This document shows positions 49,901-60,171 of a stretch of DNA of 64,000 nt, piece by piece (position 1 is the first letter of the stretch; each line of letters starts with the position of its first letter). The notes beneath the pieces were generated by a model that was not told where the DNA came from, did not search any database, and saw nothing but the letters and a program-made list of their open reading frames with translations. This DNA is from an uncultured Ruminococcus sp. (GTDB lineage Bacteria > Bacillota > Clostridia > Oscillospirales > CAG-382), in assembly GCA_964549435.1 (NCBI GenBank), contig CAZJVB010000004.1, positions 6,720-70,719 on the forward strand, read 5' to 3'. The translations under genes and the position numbers were made by a program.

Positions 49901-51250
49901 TTACTGAAGTGTAATTGTCGGAACTTTCGTCCAATCGTTCAGACCAATAATTCCGCCGCCATCACGCAGGAAGATGTTCTTGAACGTGCCGTCACCGGAG
50001 TTGATCGAAACAGAAACACCAATTTCCGTTCCCTTCTCTACACTGATACCCTCATCAGCAGCGCCACACTCAGACCACGGAATCGCAACCTCGTAAATGG
50101 TTTGCTGATTCTCATCATCACGGACACACTTCACCTCGCCGCCAAACGTAGCCGGAGTTCCCATCCAGACACAGGAAAGGGTTTCATCGTTATCATTAAC
50201 ACAGAAGCCATACTGGCGGACAATATTCGCATTTACTGCAGCCTTATTTTTATCATCATCCCAGTTTTCAAAGATATAATCGCTTGCAGGACTGACAGAA
50301 GTTACGTTCACCTGAATACATTCATAACTATACATTGAACCTGCTGTGCTCGCAGTAACCGTATTGACATGATACGGAGAATCCACAACGACGCCAAGAT
50401 AGAGGTAATCCTCGTCGTACATCATATAAACCTGAGCGGTAGAATAGTAGTTATTTACTTCAAACTGCTCGTAGCTGCAGTAAGTGGAATCCGGGTTGAT
50501 TTCCCAAATGGGAGAACCATATTCACTCTTACTGACAGAACCGTCAATTTTAGCCGTACCGGTTTTAATCTCCGCATCGACATCATTGGTACCGCGGAAT
50601 CCGTGCGGATAGAAAAGCGCATCCTCCGGCGCACTCTTAATAGCGCTGATAATCTCCGCAAAATACTTATGAACAGCGACAACAAATCCGTCATCCGGAA
50701 TCTCGATATCATCTTTATCCTCCGCGTCCAAACCATAGGAAGCAGTCAGCGGATAATTGAACAAGGAATGATCATATTCAAAGACAAAGATTTCATAATC
50801 ATCATATGTACCGTCAGCGCTTGCAATGGTAGAGTCTTCGTAATCAGAATTGAAAGCAATAACAGAAGCGGTACCATCTACTGCACCTTTGTTTATAGCG
50901 GTCAGACGGGCGGAGGTAGCGTCGGTCGCACTAAGACTGACAATTCCCTTACCGATCGTATCTTTCCACGAGATATACTGAGTGATAAAAGATTCTACTT
51001 CAACATCTCCATTAGGCGTAGAAGTATCAGACGTTTCAGTTTCAGACGAATCAGAAGAAGAGTCCCCCCCCCCGTTAGAAGAAACATCCGACGTCACACT
51101 GCCCGAGGACGTTGAGGAAACCGAAGACGTTGAAGAAGTCGACGATTTGGAGGAAGTTGTCGTGCTGCTGGTCTCACTTGATTCTGAGTTGCAAGCTGCG
51201 CAAACAAGAACCAGTGTCATTGCCAAAAGCAGGAGTAATAATCTTTTCAT
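49901..51250 (-). CDS. Surface lipoprotein with a long Ser/Thr-rich linker and a C-terminal CBM9-like carbohydrate-binding domain
   Basis: ATG 51250 lies 5 nt after AAAGGTGA. Lipobox VCAAC, followed by about 60 aa of S/T/D low complexity. The C-terminal region (AKIDGSVSKSEYG...YMMYDEDYLYLGVVV...YEVAIPW) resembles CBM9-type domains. Confidence 0.55.
   Translation of the reverse strand: MKRLLLLLLAMTLVLVCAACNSESSETSSTTTSSKSSTSSTSSVSSTSSGSVTSDVSSNGGGDSSSDSSETETSDTSTPNGDVEVESFITQYISWKDTIGKGIVSLSATDATSARLTAINKGAVDGTASVIAFNSDYEDSTIASADGTYDDYEIFVFEYDHSLFNYPLTASYGLDAEDKDDIEIPDDGFVVAVHKYFAEIISAIKSAPEDALFYPHGFRGTNDVDAEIKTGTAKIDGSVSKSEYGSPIWEINPDSTYCSYEQFEVNNYYSTAQVYMMYDEDYLYLGVVVDSPYHVNTVTASTAGSMYSYECIQVNVTSVSPASDYIFENWDDDKNKAAVNANIVRQYGFCVNDNDETLSCVWMGTPATFGGEVKCVRDDENQQTIYEVAIPWSECGAADEGISVEKGTEIGVSVSINSGDGTFKNIFLRDGGGIIGLNDWTKVPTITLQ
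51064..51073 (-). repeat. G10 (C10 on the plus strand) homopolymer tract inside the lipoprotein coding region
   Basis: Ten consecutive C residues on the plus strand. They encode AAC GGG GGG GGG GAC (N-G-G-G-D) about 60 codons into the gene. Confidence 0.9.
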
Positions 51251-51255
51251 AAGGA

Positions 51256-53475
51256 TCACCTTTCTTTTGTTTTGGCATTTCTGCCTTTATTTTTTTTATT
51301 TTTTTTTACAAAAATCAGAACCGCCGCGATGATGATCAGTACAAGGACTATACCGGAAATCAGCACGACAAACCACAAGCGGAACTGCGGTTCTTCAGAG
51401 GAATCCGAAACAGTTTCTCCGAGAATTGTTTCTTTAGAAAAGCCGTGAACGTTCTCCCCATCCATAACAGCAGAAATATAGTACCATCCATCCGTAATTT
51501 CTCTTACAGATACCTCCGTTCCTAACGGAATGGAGACACTTTCGGAAGACGTATTCAGACAACTGTAAAGCAGTAGATCCTTTTCAAGCGTTTTCAAAGG
51601 AATCGTTTCATCAGGATCGATCAGCAGAACGAACAGAGTCGATTCTTCGGAGCTGTTATACCCGTCGCTGACACGGAAAGTAGCAGTATAAAGCCCTGCA
51701 GCAGTTTGGCTGGTATTCAGGATATAAAAACCATCACCCTCTAACAGGAAGGTTAATCCTTCGGAGCAAATCAAATCAATAACTTTTAAATCGCTCTTTG
51801 CCGAATCCGCATCCTGAATAACAATGTTGCCGCTTGCACGGGAGCCGATACTCGCTACAATAATCTGATCTTGATCCACTGTCGGCGCAGCAGATGTAAA
51901 TTCTCCTTTATTATAAAGATATGTCAGATCGTATATTCTTCGGAGATCCGATCCATTTTTGGCAGTTGCACAGGAATAAAAACCGCTCACTCCCTGATAG
52001 ACCATCGTCATATGGCCGTCCATGCAGCCAGTACTGTATCCGGTATGAAGATATTTATAGTAACGAGTGTAACAATCTGATAGGCTTATATCAAGCTCAA
52101 ATTCCATACCAAGACCATATTTTTGGGCTTGTGCTGCGGAATCCTCTACCGCACCTGGCAACACCTCACCAATCTCACTCAAAGCGGAATCGGTTCTTGC
52201 AAATGCATATCCACTCTGCAAAGAAGCAGCATCAAAACCAAGTTCAGCCGCACACTCAAAACCGGGCGCACAGTAGTACGGAATCCAGATGGTTTTCAAA
52301 TTTTTGCTATGTGCATATTGATTGAATTGAACGATCAGTTCCTCCTCATGTTCCGAGGCAGTATATTGGATCAACTCTTCGTGCCAGTAAAGACCCTTCA
52401 ATTCCAAGTGCTCAAACTGGCAGGAAGCGAAAGTTTCAAGCAGTTCATCTACATATGCACTTAAAATCCGAACACGATTTTCCAGACTGTCGGGAACTAC
52501 CCCATCAAAGGATCCAGTTCCCAAGGCAAGATACGGAACCGCAAGAAAAACCGGATAGCGGTAATCATCGCCAAGAGAGAGTTCTCCGCAATACTGACCG
52601 ACTAAATGATCTAATGCGGTCAGGTTGACGTTACCAAACTGACCAAACAAATTCTCTGTATACGCATCCCAGCCGGATTTCGCTGTAAAATCATAATTGC
52701 TCGCTCCGGATGGAAGAAACAGCATCGCGTCAAACATAGTATCTGTTACGGAACCATCCGTATCTACATAGGCAAAGTACGGAAGTAACTGCTGCTCCGT
52801 ATAATTTCCAACGGTATACATTAGAACAATATTTCCGATTCCGTCAAGCGCTTCTGCAAAACCGAGCGATTCATAATTAGGATCTGCAGCAGCAGAGACA
52901 GCAGCACCCGCTTCCGCGAAACCGTATACGGTAATTTCATCAACGTAAGTATGGACATCACTGGAAAACGTAATTCTTACGTACCTTGCACGATATGTTT
53001 GCTCCAATGTAACAGTATGCGTAATAATCTGGTTCTGTTCCAATGTGATAGACTTTGAATCCTCAAGCCGACCGACCGTACCGAACGAAGTTCCGTCTTC
53101 CGACACAGCAACCGTTACGTAGCGTGCACACTCAATACCAGCATCTTTTATCTGCAGTGTACGGAGCTGTACAGAGGAGACCGCGCAAACATTCTCCAAA
53201 TCAATTGTTACAGAAACGGCAGTTCCGCGATATAAATGCAAAAACGCAGGATCGGAAGATTTGGCCGTTGATGCAAACTCCCCATCAGTTAATCTCGTTT
53301 CCGACTCATAAGCACGAGCCGGGAAGGCATTCTCGATAGGGCTATCATAGGAAACGGTGTAACTTTTCCCTACGGATAAAATCTCTTCTTCCGCTGCCGC
53401 AGTGATTAATGGAAATGACATCAGCAAAAGAAGCAGTACGGAAACTCCAATACTCAGTATTCGTTTTAAGGCCAT
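51256..53475 (-). CDS. Multidomain surface protein: signal peptide, discoidin (F5/8 type C)-like domain, DUF4855-like putative glycoside-hydrolase-like barrel, Ig-like and SH3b-like modules, C-terminal TM anchor with a Lys-rich tail
   Basis: 739 aa. The N-terminal about 190 aa end in ARYVRITFSS...VDEITVYGF, which is discoidin-like. The central region has LYWHEE and IWIPYY motifs, as I recall for DUF4855. The C-terminal hydrophobic helix is followed by KKNKKNKGRNAKTKER. Confidence 0.45.
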   Translation of the reverse strand: MALKRILSIGVSVLLLLLMSFPLITAAAEEEILSVGKSYTVSYDSPIENAFPARAYESETRLTDGEFASTAKSSDPAFLHLYRGTAVSVTIDLENVCAVSSVQLRTLQIKDAGIECARYVTVAVSEDGTSFGTVGRLEDSKSITLEQNQIITHTVTLEQTYRARYVRITFSSDVHTYVDEITVYGFAEAGAAVSAAADPNYESLGFAEALDGIGNIVLMYTVGNYTEQQLLPYFAYVDTDGSVTDTMFDAMLFLPSGASNYDFTAKSGWDAYTENLFGQFGNVNLTALDHLVGQYCGELSLGDDYRYPVFLAVPYLALGTGSFDGVVPDSLENRVRILSAYVDELLETFASCQFEHLELKGLYWHEELIQYTASEHEEELIVQFNQYAHSKNLKTIWIPYYCAPGFECAAELGFDAASLQSGYAFARTDSALSEIGEVLPGAVEDSAAQAQKYGLGMEFELDISLSDCYTRYYKYLHTGYSTGCMDGHMTMVYQGVSGFYSCATAKNGSDLRRIYDLTYLYNKGEFTSAAPTVDQDQIIVASIGSRASGNIVIQDADSAKSDLKVIDLICSEGLTFLLEGDGFYILNTSQTAAGLYTATFRVSDGYNSSEESTLFVLLIDPDETIPLKTLEKDLLLYSCLNTSSESVSIPLGTEVSVREITDGWYYISAVMDGENVHGFSKETILGETVSDSSEEPQFRLWFVVLISGIVLVLIIIAAVLIFVKKNKKNKGRNAKTKER

Positions 53476-53489
53476 AAATGAATCCCTTA

Positions 53490-55037
53490 TTAAGTCAAAG
53501 AATTTTTATATGCTTCAATTGTGGCATTCATATCTGCTTCAACAGCAGAACTGATGGATTCCCACAAAGAAACATGTTCATTTGTACCGCTTTGCAGCAA
53601 ATGACCATAAAAGTTGATCAAAGAAGTTGAAGCACCACTTCCCCAATTAAACATCGCCCCGAGATCATAAAACCGATTGTTATACACCAAATCCAGCATC
53701 TCGGCATCATCGTTATTCGTCAGTGACTGAAGCTGAAGCGTTTGTTCATAATAGGCGGTTTTCACATTCTCGCTATAGCAGCCCAACGCCTGCAACAATA
53801 CACAGGTTGCTTCCTGATTCGCCACATTTGTGATTGGAATACCAAGGACAGAGGACTGGTATCTGTTGACCGTACAGCAATAGTTCTCCTGATTCTCATC
53901 ATACTTTGGGATAGGAAGAACACCAAATTCAAAATCGACACTGTCACCGAGGTTTTTCAAGATGGAAATAGAACTGGAAGTCGTATTATAGAACAATCCT
54001 CTACCATTGACAAACATTTCTTCCAACTCCGCGAACCCGTATGTAGAGGGATTTGATCCCTGTCCTGCGATCAATTCTGCGCGCTGCGTTAGCGATGAGT
54101 CAGACATGATTTGGTAGATTTTATCATATACCGTTAGACTTCTCGCACTACCGACATTCAAGGTGAAGTAATCGTTTTCATCGGCGCTCGCCGTCGCAAG
54201 ATTGCAACCGTTTACCATGACTGTTGCGCCGTAAGCATGCGAAAGATTTCCATAAGTCGCATAGAATCCCCAAGAACCGTTTTCATCAGCGTGTGAAACC
54301 ATTCTGCACATCTGCTCAAATACATCTAAAGTAAAACCACCAGAGCGAACGAGCTGATAAATATCTCCGAATTGTGCCTGCAATTCCGTATTGTCGTTAT
54401 ACATATCCTTATTAAAAAGATAAAGATAGGTATTATCGTCGTCAGTAATAAGAGCGTCACCGCAAAGGAAGTAATGCTTATCGCCGATCGATATCGAATC
54501 CATCGCTACTGTGTCCCACCAGGATTTATTCAGATCCAGCAAATCGTCAACCGACCAAAACAGATTCTCCGTCACGCTTTGCACCATATAATCAACGGAA
54601 TCACAAACCAAATCATATTCATTGGTTCCGGATTGTATGTAGGTCCGTACCTCGGTTACCGGATATTGAGTAGAATATACTTCAATTTTCAGGCCATAAG
54701 TTTCTTCGATATAATCGTTACGAGCGCGTACAGCTTCACTGATTGCGGTAAAGCTGCTTTCTTCATTAGGAACGAACTGCAATTCACCGTATGTGTGGCG
54801 TGAGGAAGATACACATAAAATCTTCAAAGTCGTATCATTGTAATAATTCGGATACGGAAACGCTTCGGCAGTCTGCTCCTTTTCGGATTCTGTACTGACA
54901 TAACTTGAAGAAACCTCGGTACAATCATTGCCATTCGTTTTACAGGATACTAAGAAAAAGCAACTGAAAAGGAAAACCAATAAAAGACAAGACGCGTACT
55001 TTAAATTTTTCACAGGCATCATTCCATTCTTCTTCAA
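53490..55037 (-). CDS. Large family-1 extracellular solute-binding lipoprotein (LplA/YtcQ-like), without adjacent permease genes
   Basis: Lipobox FLVSC. 515 aa. The WWD and FGVLPIPKYDENQ motifs are typical of large sugar SBPs of Firmicutes. Confidence 0.6.
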   Translation of the reverse strand: MKKNGMMPVKNLKYASCLLLVFLFSCFFLVSCKTNGNDCTEVSSSYVSTESEKEQTAEAFPYPNYYNDTTLKILCVSSSRHTYGELQFVPNEESSFTAISEAVRARNDYIEETYGLKIEVYSTQYPVTEVRTYIQSGTNEYDLVCDSVDYMVQSVTENLFWSVDDLLDLNKSWWDTVAMDSISIGDKHYFLCGDALITDDDNTYLYLFNKDMYNDNTELQAQFGDIYQLVRSGGFTLDVFEQMCRMVSHADENGSWGFYATYGNLSHAYGATVMVNGCNLATASADENDYFTLNVGSARSLTVYDKIYQIMSDSSLTQRAELIAGQGSNPSTYGFAELEEMFVNGRGLFYNTTSSSISILKNLGDSVDFEFGVLPIPKYDENQENYCCTVNRYQSSVLGIPITNVANQEATCVLLQALGCYSENVKTAYYEQTLQLQSLTNNDDAEMLDLVYNNRFYDLGAMFNWGSGASTSLINFYGHLLQSGTNEHVSLWESISSAVEADMNATIEAYKNSLT

Positions 55038-55109
55038 TTATTAGAATCTGTATGGAATATTATAACATATCTTTTTTCACTTTTCAACATGCTTTCTACC
55101 GAATTGCCT

Positions 55110-56363
55110 CTATGTTTTTTGTGCACTTTGTTCACTCTCAAGTATTGCTATCTTGATACAGCAGCAAAGAAGAGGCGCTGCTTCCGCCAGCTCATTCAGG
55201 GAAGGATAGGTTGGCGCAATGCGCAAAATATTATCATCAGGATCCAAGCCGTACGGAAACGGCGCGCCAGCTTCCGTCAGGATCAACCCCGCCTCTTTTG
55301 CAAGGCTGACTACACGCTTTGCTTTGCCTTTGGGCAGCGTCATGCAAATAAAATATCCCCCGTTCGGCTGTGTCCAGTTGACATCAGGTACATGAGAAAG
55401 CTCTTCCTCAAACACACGATAGAGAAGCTGAAACTTCGGACGGATGATGTCCATATGGATACGCATCTGCGCTTTGACATCTTCCAGATTGCGAAATACA
55501 CGGGAATGGCGCAGTTGATTGAGCTTATCGTGTCCGATAGTCTGTACCTTCAGTTCTTCCAAAATGCGAGCAATATTCCGAGGGCTGGAGGCCATACAGG
55601 AGATACCTGCGCCGGGAAACGTAATTTTGGAAGTAGAAGCGAACTCGATGAAAAGATCTTCATTTTCATATTTTGCAGCTTCTGAAAAGATTTCAACCAA
55701 CGGATCCGGCGTATCAGTCAACTCATGCAGTACATAGGCGTTATCCCAAAATACACGGAAATCTTTTGCTGCCGGCTTCAGCTTTGCAAAACGCTCCACT
55801 ACCTCCGCAGAATAAGTAATTCCACTCGGATTTGCATATTTCGGCACACACCAGATTCCTTTGATAGTTTCATCCTCTGCAACCAGCTTCTCCACCAAAT
55901 CCATATCCGGACCGTCTTTCAAAAGCGGCACATTGATCATATTGATTCCGAAGAATTCACAGATTGCAAAATGCCGATCGTATCCGGGAACCGGGCACAA
56001 AAAAGAAATCTTATCATACTTGCACCAAGGACGGCAATCATCGCAGACACCATGCAGCATCGCACGCGCTACCGTATCATACATCAAATTCAAGCTGGAG
56101 TTTCCTCCGACAATGACCTGCTCCATCGGAACATCCAAGATCTCTCCGAAAAGCCGCTTCATTTCATTGATTCCGTCAAGACCACCGTAATTGCGGCAAT
56201 CCGTTCCGGTTTCGGAAAAGCATTCATCATTGCGTATAACCGAAGTCAGCAGACGGGACATGGTTCCCAACTGCTCCGGTGCGGGCTTGCCTCTGGACAT
56301 ATCCAGTTTTTTTCCCCTTGCCTTAATTTCGTTATATTGTTTGATAAGTTGTTCGTAGTTCAT
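55110..56363 (-). CDS. PLP-dependent aminotransferase (aspartate aminotransferase-like, PF12897-type)
   Basis: 417 aa. The N-terminal KLDMSRGKPAPEQL motif is typical of this aminotransferase family, and the PLP-lysine context is STSKITFPGAG. It lies immediately downstream of asnS. Confidence 0.7.
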   Translation of the reverse strand: MNYEQLIKQYNEIKARGKKLDMSRGKPAPEQLGTMSRLLTSVIRNDECFSETGTDCRNYGGLDGINEMKRLFGEILDVPMEQVIVGGNSSLNLMYDTVARAMLHGVCDDCRPWCKYDKISFLCPVPGYDRHFAICEFFGINMINVPLLKDGPDMDLVEKLVAEDETIKGIWCVPKYANPSGITYSAEVVERFAKLKPAAKDFRVFWDNAYVLHELTDTPDPLVEIFSEAAKYENEDLFIEFASTSKITFPGAGISCMASSPRNIARILEELKVQTIGHDKLNQLRHSRVFRNLEDVKAQMRIHMDIIRPKFQLLYRVFEEELSHVPDVNWTQPNGGYFICMTLPKGKAKRVVSLAKEAGLILTEAGAPFPYGLDPDDNILRIAPTYPSLNELAEAAPLLCCCIKIAILESEQSAQKT

Positions 56364-56386
56364 CTGTATGCATCCTTTGCTCTAAT

Positions 56387-57793
56387 TTAGAATTCAGCGC
56401 TACCGGTTGTTCGCGGAAACGCTTCTACATCACGAATATTGGAAATACCTGTCAAATACATAATCAAGCGTTCAAAGCCAAGGCCGTATCCCGCATGCTT
56501 TACGCCGCCGTATTTACGCAGCTCCAAATACCACCAGTACTCTTCTTTACGTAATCCCAGTTCGTTCATACGGGCTTCCAAAACATCCAACCGTTCTTCA
56601 CGCTGTGAACCGCCGATCAGCTCTCCTACGCCCGGAACAAGCATATCGGCAGCAGCAACTGTTTTTCCATCCGCATTCAGCCGCATATAGAAGGCTTTGA
56701 TCTCCTTTGGATAATCTGTTACGAAAACCGGCTTTTCGAAAACCTTTTCTGTCAGATAGCGCTCATGCTCAGTTTGCAAATCACTGCCCCAAGAAACAGG
56801 AAACGAAAAAGTCTCCCTGCTTTCCTGCAATAAGCGGATGGCTTCCGTATACGTACAATGGGCAAACGAACTGTCGGCAACCAAACGCAAACGAGCAAGC
56901 AATCCCTTATCGATAAACTGATGAAAGAAATGAAGTTCTGCTTCACACTCCTCTAACACCCGCTTAATGACATAGCGGGTCATTTCCTCCGCAAGTGCAG
57001 TATCATCCTCCAAATCGGCAAACGCCATTTCCGGCTCAATCATCCAGAATTCTGCCGCATGTCGCGGCGTATTGGAGTTTTCCGCACGAAAAGTCGGTCC
57101 GAACGTATAGACATTTGAATAAGCAAGTGCAAAGCATTCTGCTTCTAACTGACCGGAAACAGTCAGATTTGCAGGCTTTCCGAAAAAATCCTTCGAAAAG
57201 TCAACAGAGCCATCCTCTTTACGAGGTGGATCAATCGGATCAAGCGTCGTGACTCGAAACATTTCTCCGGCACCTTCACAATCATTCGCCGTAATCAACG
57301 GCGTATTGACATACACAAAGCCTCTTTCTGCGAAAAATGCATGAATTGCCTGCGCAGCAACAGACCGCACACGGAATACAGCATTAAATGTATTCGCGCG
57401 CGGCCGCAAATGTGCAATGGAACGCAAAAACTCAAATGAATGACGTTTGGGCTGAAGCGGATACTCCGGAGAAGAGGTTCCTTCCACATCGACAGATACC
57501 GCTTTCAGTTCAAATGGCTGCTTAGCTTCCGGAGTCAACTCCAAAATTCCAGAAACAAGCAGAGCAGCACCGATATTCTGTTTGGCAATTGTTTTATAAT
57601 GATCCAGCTTAGCCTCTTCAAAAACAACTTGCAGATTCTTAAAACACGTGCCGTCATTCAACTCGATAAAGCCAAAGGAATTCGATGATCGGATTCCTCT
57701 GATCCAGCCGCCAATCCGAATCATTCTGCCGGCAAATTGCTCCGGAGCATCATAGATCGACCGAACAGACATCAGACCATTTCTGATTGCCAT
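56387..57793 (-). CDS. asnS: Asparagine--tRNA ligase
   Basis: ATG 57793 lies 7 nt after AAGGAAGGA. It has an N-terminal OB fold ([30 protein letters not shown]) and class II motifs ([30 protein letters not shown]). Confidence 0.92.
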   Translation of the reverse strand: MAIRNGLMSVRSIYDAPEQFAGRMIRIGGWIRGIRSSNSFGFIELNDGTCFKNLQVVFEEAKLDHYKTIAKQNIGAALLVSGILELTPEAKQPFELKAVSVDVEGTSSPEYPLQPKRHSFEFLRSIAHLRPRANTFNAVFRVRSVAAQAIHAFFAERGFVYVNTPLITANDCEGAGEMFRVTTLDPIDPPRKEDGSVDFSKDFFGKPANLTVSGQLEAECFALAYSNVYTFGPTFRAENSNTPRHAAEFWMIEPEMAFADLEDDTALAEEMTRYVIKRVLEECEAELHFFHQFIDKGLLARLRLVADSSFAHCTYTEAIRLLQESRETFSFPVSWGSDLQTEHERYLTEKVFEKPVFVTDYPKEIKAFYMRLNADGKTVAAADMLVPGVGELIGGSQREERLDVLEARMNELGLRKEEYWWYLELRKYGGVKHAGYGLGFERLIMYLTGISNIRDVEAFPRTTGSAEF

Positions 57794-58138
57794 AACCGCA
57801 TCCTTCCTTTTCAAATATATTATTGAGAAAAGGTGTCTTTTCCTTCAACAAAATACAAAAGTATTATATCATAAAGCGGCAACCCTTTCAAGACTTCAAT
57901 CGAAAAAATACAAAATTTTAATTGAAATGAGAAAACAAAAGGAAGCATCCCATACATGTTTCCATAAGATAATTCTGCCATAATCTTACAAAATCTATTG
58001 CTGATAGATTTACCACACAATCCAAAATCTACCGACCGAATGAAAGCAAAATGTTATACAAATTACTCCATATTTATATTTTTTAATGTGAAGCAGGGGA
58101 TACTAAATTAAATAGGAAAAGCTTGCAGGAGGCACTCT

Positions 58139-60151
58139 ATGTCCAACCGATTAAGATTTGAAAAATCCCCTTATCTTTTACAGCATCAAAACAACCCGGT
58201 AGATTGGTATCCATGGGAAAATGAAGCATTCAAAAAGGCTGCGGCGGAAGAGAAGCCGATCTTTCTGAGTATCGGATATTCGACCTGCCACTGGTGTCAC
58301 GTCATGGCGCATGAATCCTTTGAGGATGAAGACGTCGCCTCTCTTTTGAACCATTACTTCGTCTGCATCAAGGTGGACCGTGAAGAGCGACCGGATATTG
58401 ATGCGGTTTATATGGCTGCTTGTCAGGCAATGACAGGCTCCGGCGGATGGCCGCTGACTGTACTCATGACAGCGGAGCAAAGGCCCTTTTTTACCGGAAC
58501 TTATTTACCGAAAAACAGTCGGTACGGACAGATGGGCTTGACCGAATTGCTTAAGCAAGTAATTCATCTTTGGCAAACGCAAAGAAAAATCCTCCTGAAT
58601 ACAGGAAAACAGATCATAGAAGCAATCGCGCAACCATTAGCAACTGAAAAACAAGGTCCGAATCAATCCCTGATGAGAAAAGCCTATCTTCAGCTCCGAG
58701 CGGGATTCGACAGCGTCTGGGGCGGATTCGGAACCGCTCCGAAATTCCCATCACCGCACAATCTGCTGTTTTTGATGCGTTTCTACCAGCTGGAACGGGA
58801 ACCGACTGCTTTGAAAATGGTGGAAACCACGCTTCAGGCAATGATGAAAGGAGGTATTCACGATCAAATCGGAGGCGGTTTCTTCCGGTATTCCACGGAC
58901 AAAAAATGGTTGATACCGCATTTTGAGAAAATGCTGTATGATAATGCACTCCTTCTGATGGCATTTCTAGAAGCTTTTCAACTTACCAAAAAAGAATGCT
59001 ACGAAAATACGGCCATGCGAGCGGCTGATTATATTTTACGGGAACTCACCGATCCGGAAGGCGGCTTCTACTGCGGACAGGATGCGGACAGCGACGGCAT
59101 AGAGGGAAAATATTACGTTTTCACACCGGAGGAAATTTTCCGTATACTCGGAAAAGAGCAAGGTGCAGATTTTTGCCGACGATATCATATTTCCGCTAAC
59201 AGCAATTTTGAAGGAGGAAGCATTCCTAACCGCATTGGTAAGACCGAAGAAAGTCAAAAAGCAGACAATCCGGTGCTTCAAAAACTGTATGCATACCGAA
59301 AAAAACGCACCCGATTACACCTTGATGACAAAATTTTGCTCTCATGGAATGCATGGACTATCATTGCATTAACAAGAACAGGACGAATCCTGAAAGATCA
59401 TCGCTATCTGCAAGCAGCAACAAAATCGCAACAATTTCTAGATACTCATATGACAGATGAAAACAACCGGCTGTATCTGCGGTTCTGTAAAGGGGAAGCA
59501 GCAAACGACGGACAGCTGGATTCATATGCCGTTTATGCGCTGGCGCTGCTGGAATTATACCGCCTCACTTTTGACATCGGATATTTGAGAAAGGCTAAGT
59601 TTCTTGCAGGTCAAATGAAAGCGCTTTTTGAAGATCCGGTGAATGGTGGATATTTTATGAACGCTTTTGACGCGGAGCAGCTAATTATCCGCCCTAAGGA
59701 GATATACGACGGAGCAATTCCATCCGGGAATTCGGTGGCCGCTATGGTATTGGAGGAACTTGCGTACTTGACAGGTGAAACGGAATGGCAGGAAGCAACA
59801 GATAGGCAGCAAAGATTTATGGCAGGACAGGCAGAGAAATATCCCGCAGGACATTGTTTTGCTCTGCTATCCATGGCCAAATCCCTGTATCCGCATAAAG
59901 AATTGCTATGTGCCGGGAAAAATGTTCCTGTTGAACTTACAGATTATTTACGAGATCATGCGGCAGAAGAGATCAGCATCCTATTTAAGTCGAATGCAAA
60001 TGATCGGGCGCTGGCGGAGGTGGCACCCTTTACAGCTTCCTATCCGATTCCGTCGCAAGGAACTGTATGGTATCTCTGCGAAAATGGCAGCTGCCATACA
60101 CCCATTACAGATTTCAAAAAAATAGCCGCCCTTCTTGCGAAAGACGGTTAA
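58139..60151 (+). CDS. Thioredoxin-domain protein of the DUF255/YyaL family (thioredoxin-like N-terminus plus a six-hairpin glycosidase-like domain)
   Basis: GCAGGAGG RBS. The N-terminus [17 protein letters not shown]...[16 protein letters not shown] is characteristic. 670 aa. Confidence 0.85.
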   Translation: MSNRLRFEKSPYLLQHQNNPVDWYPWENEAFKKAAAEEKPIFLSIGYSTCHWCHVMAHESFEDEDVASLLNHYFVCIKVDREERPDIDAVYMAACQAMTGSGGWPLTVLMTAEQRPFFTGTYLPKNSRYGQMGLTELLKQVIHLWQTQRKILLNTGKQIIEAIAQPLATEKQGPNQSLMRKAYLQLRAGFDSVWGGFGTAPKFPSPHNLLFLMRFYQLEREPTALKMVETTLQAMMKGGIHDQIGGGFFRYSTDKKWLIPHFEKMLYDNALLLMAFLEAFQLTKKECYENTAMRAADYILRELTDPEGGFYCGQDADSDGIEGKYYVFTPEEIFRILGKEQGADFCRRYHISANSNFEGGSIPNRIGKTEESQKADNPVLQKLYAYRKKRTRLHLDDKILLSWNAWTIIALTRTGRILKDHRYLQAATKSQQFLDTHMTDENNRLYLRFCKGEAANDGQLDSYAVYALALLELYRLTFDIGYLRKAKFLAGQMKALFEDPVNGGYFMNAFDAEQLIIRPKEIYDGAIPSGNSVAAMVLEELAYLTGETEWQEATDRQQRFMAGQAEKYPAGHCFALLSMAKSLYPHKELLCAGKNVPVELTDYLRDHAAEEISILFKSNANDRALAEVAPFTASYPIPSQGTVWYLCENGSCHTPITDFKKIAALLAKDG

Positions 60152-60171
60152 TTACACTCCGACATGTACTT

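Noticed and set aside
50369-51115. 248-aa plus-strand ORF, with neighbours at 50982-51332 and 50102-50338
   Set aside because: It is antisense to the Ser/Thr-rich lipoprotein gene. Its translation is Arg/Ile-rich low complexity with no RBS. This is a typical shadow ORF of a biased coding region.
55089-56390. Two long plus-strand ORFs (198 aa and 221 aa)
   Set aside because: They are antisense to a well-supported aminotransferase gene. They have no RBS, no recognisable motifs and an atypical composition.
57794-58138. T-box leader upstream of asnS
   Set aside because: I found no T-box sequence or terminator/antiterminator arrangement on the minus strand. The region looks like a plain AT-rich divergent promoter region.
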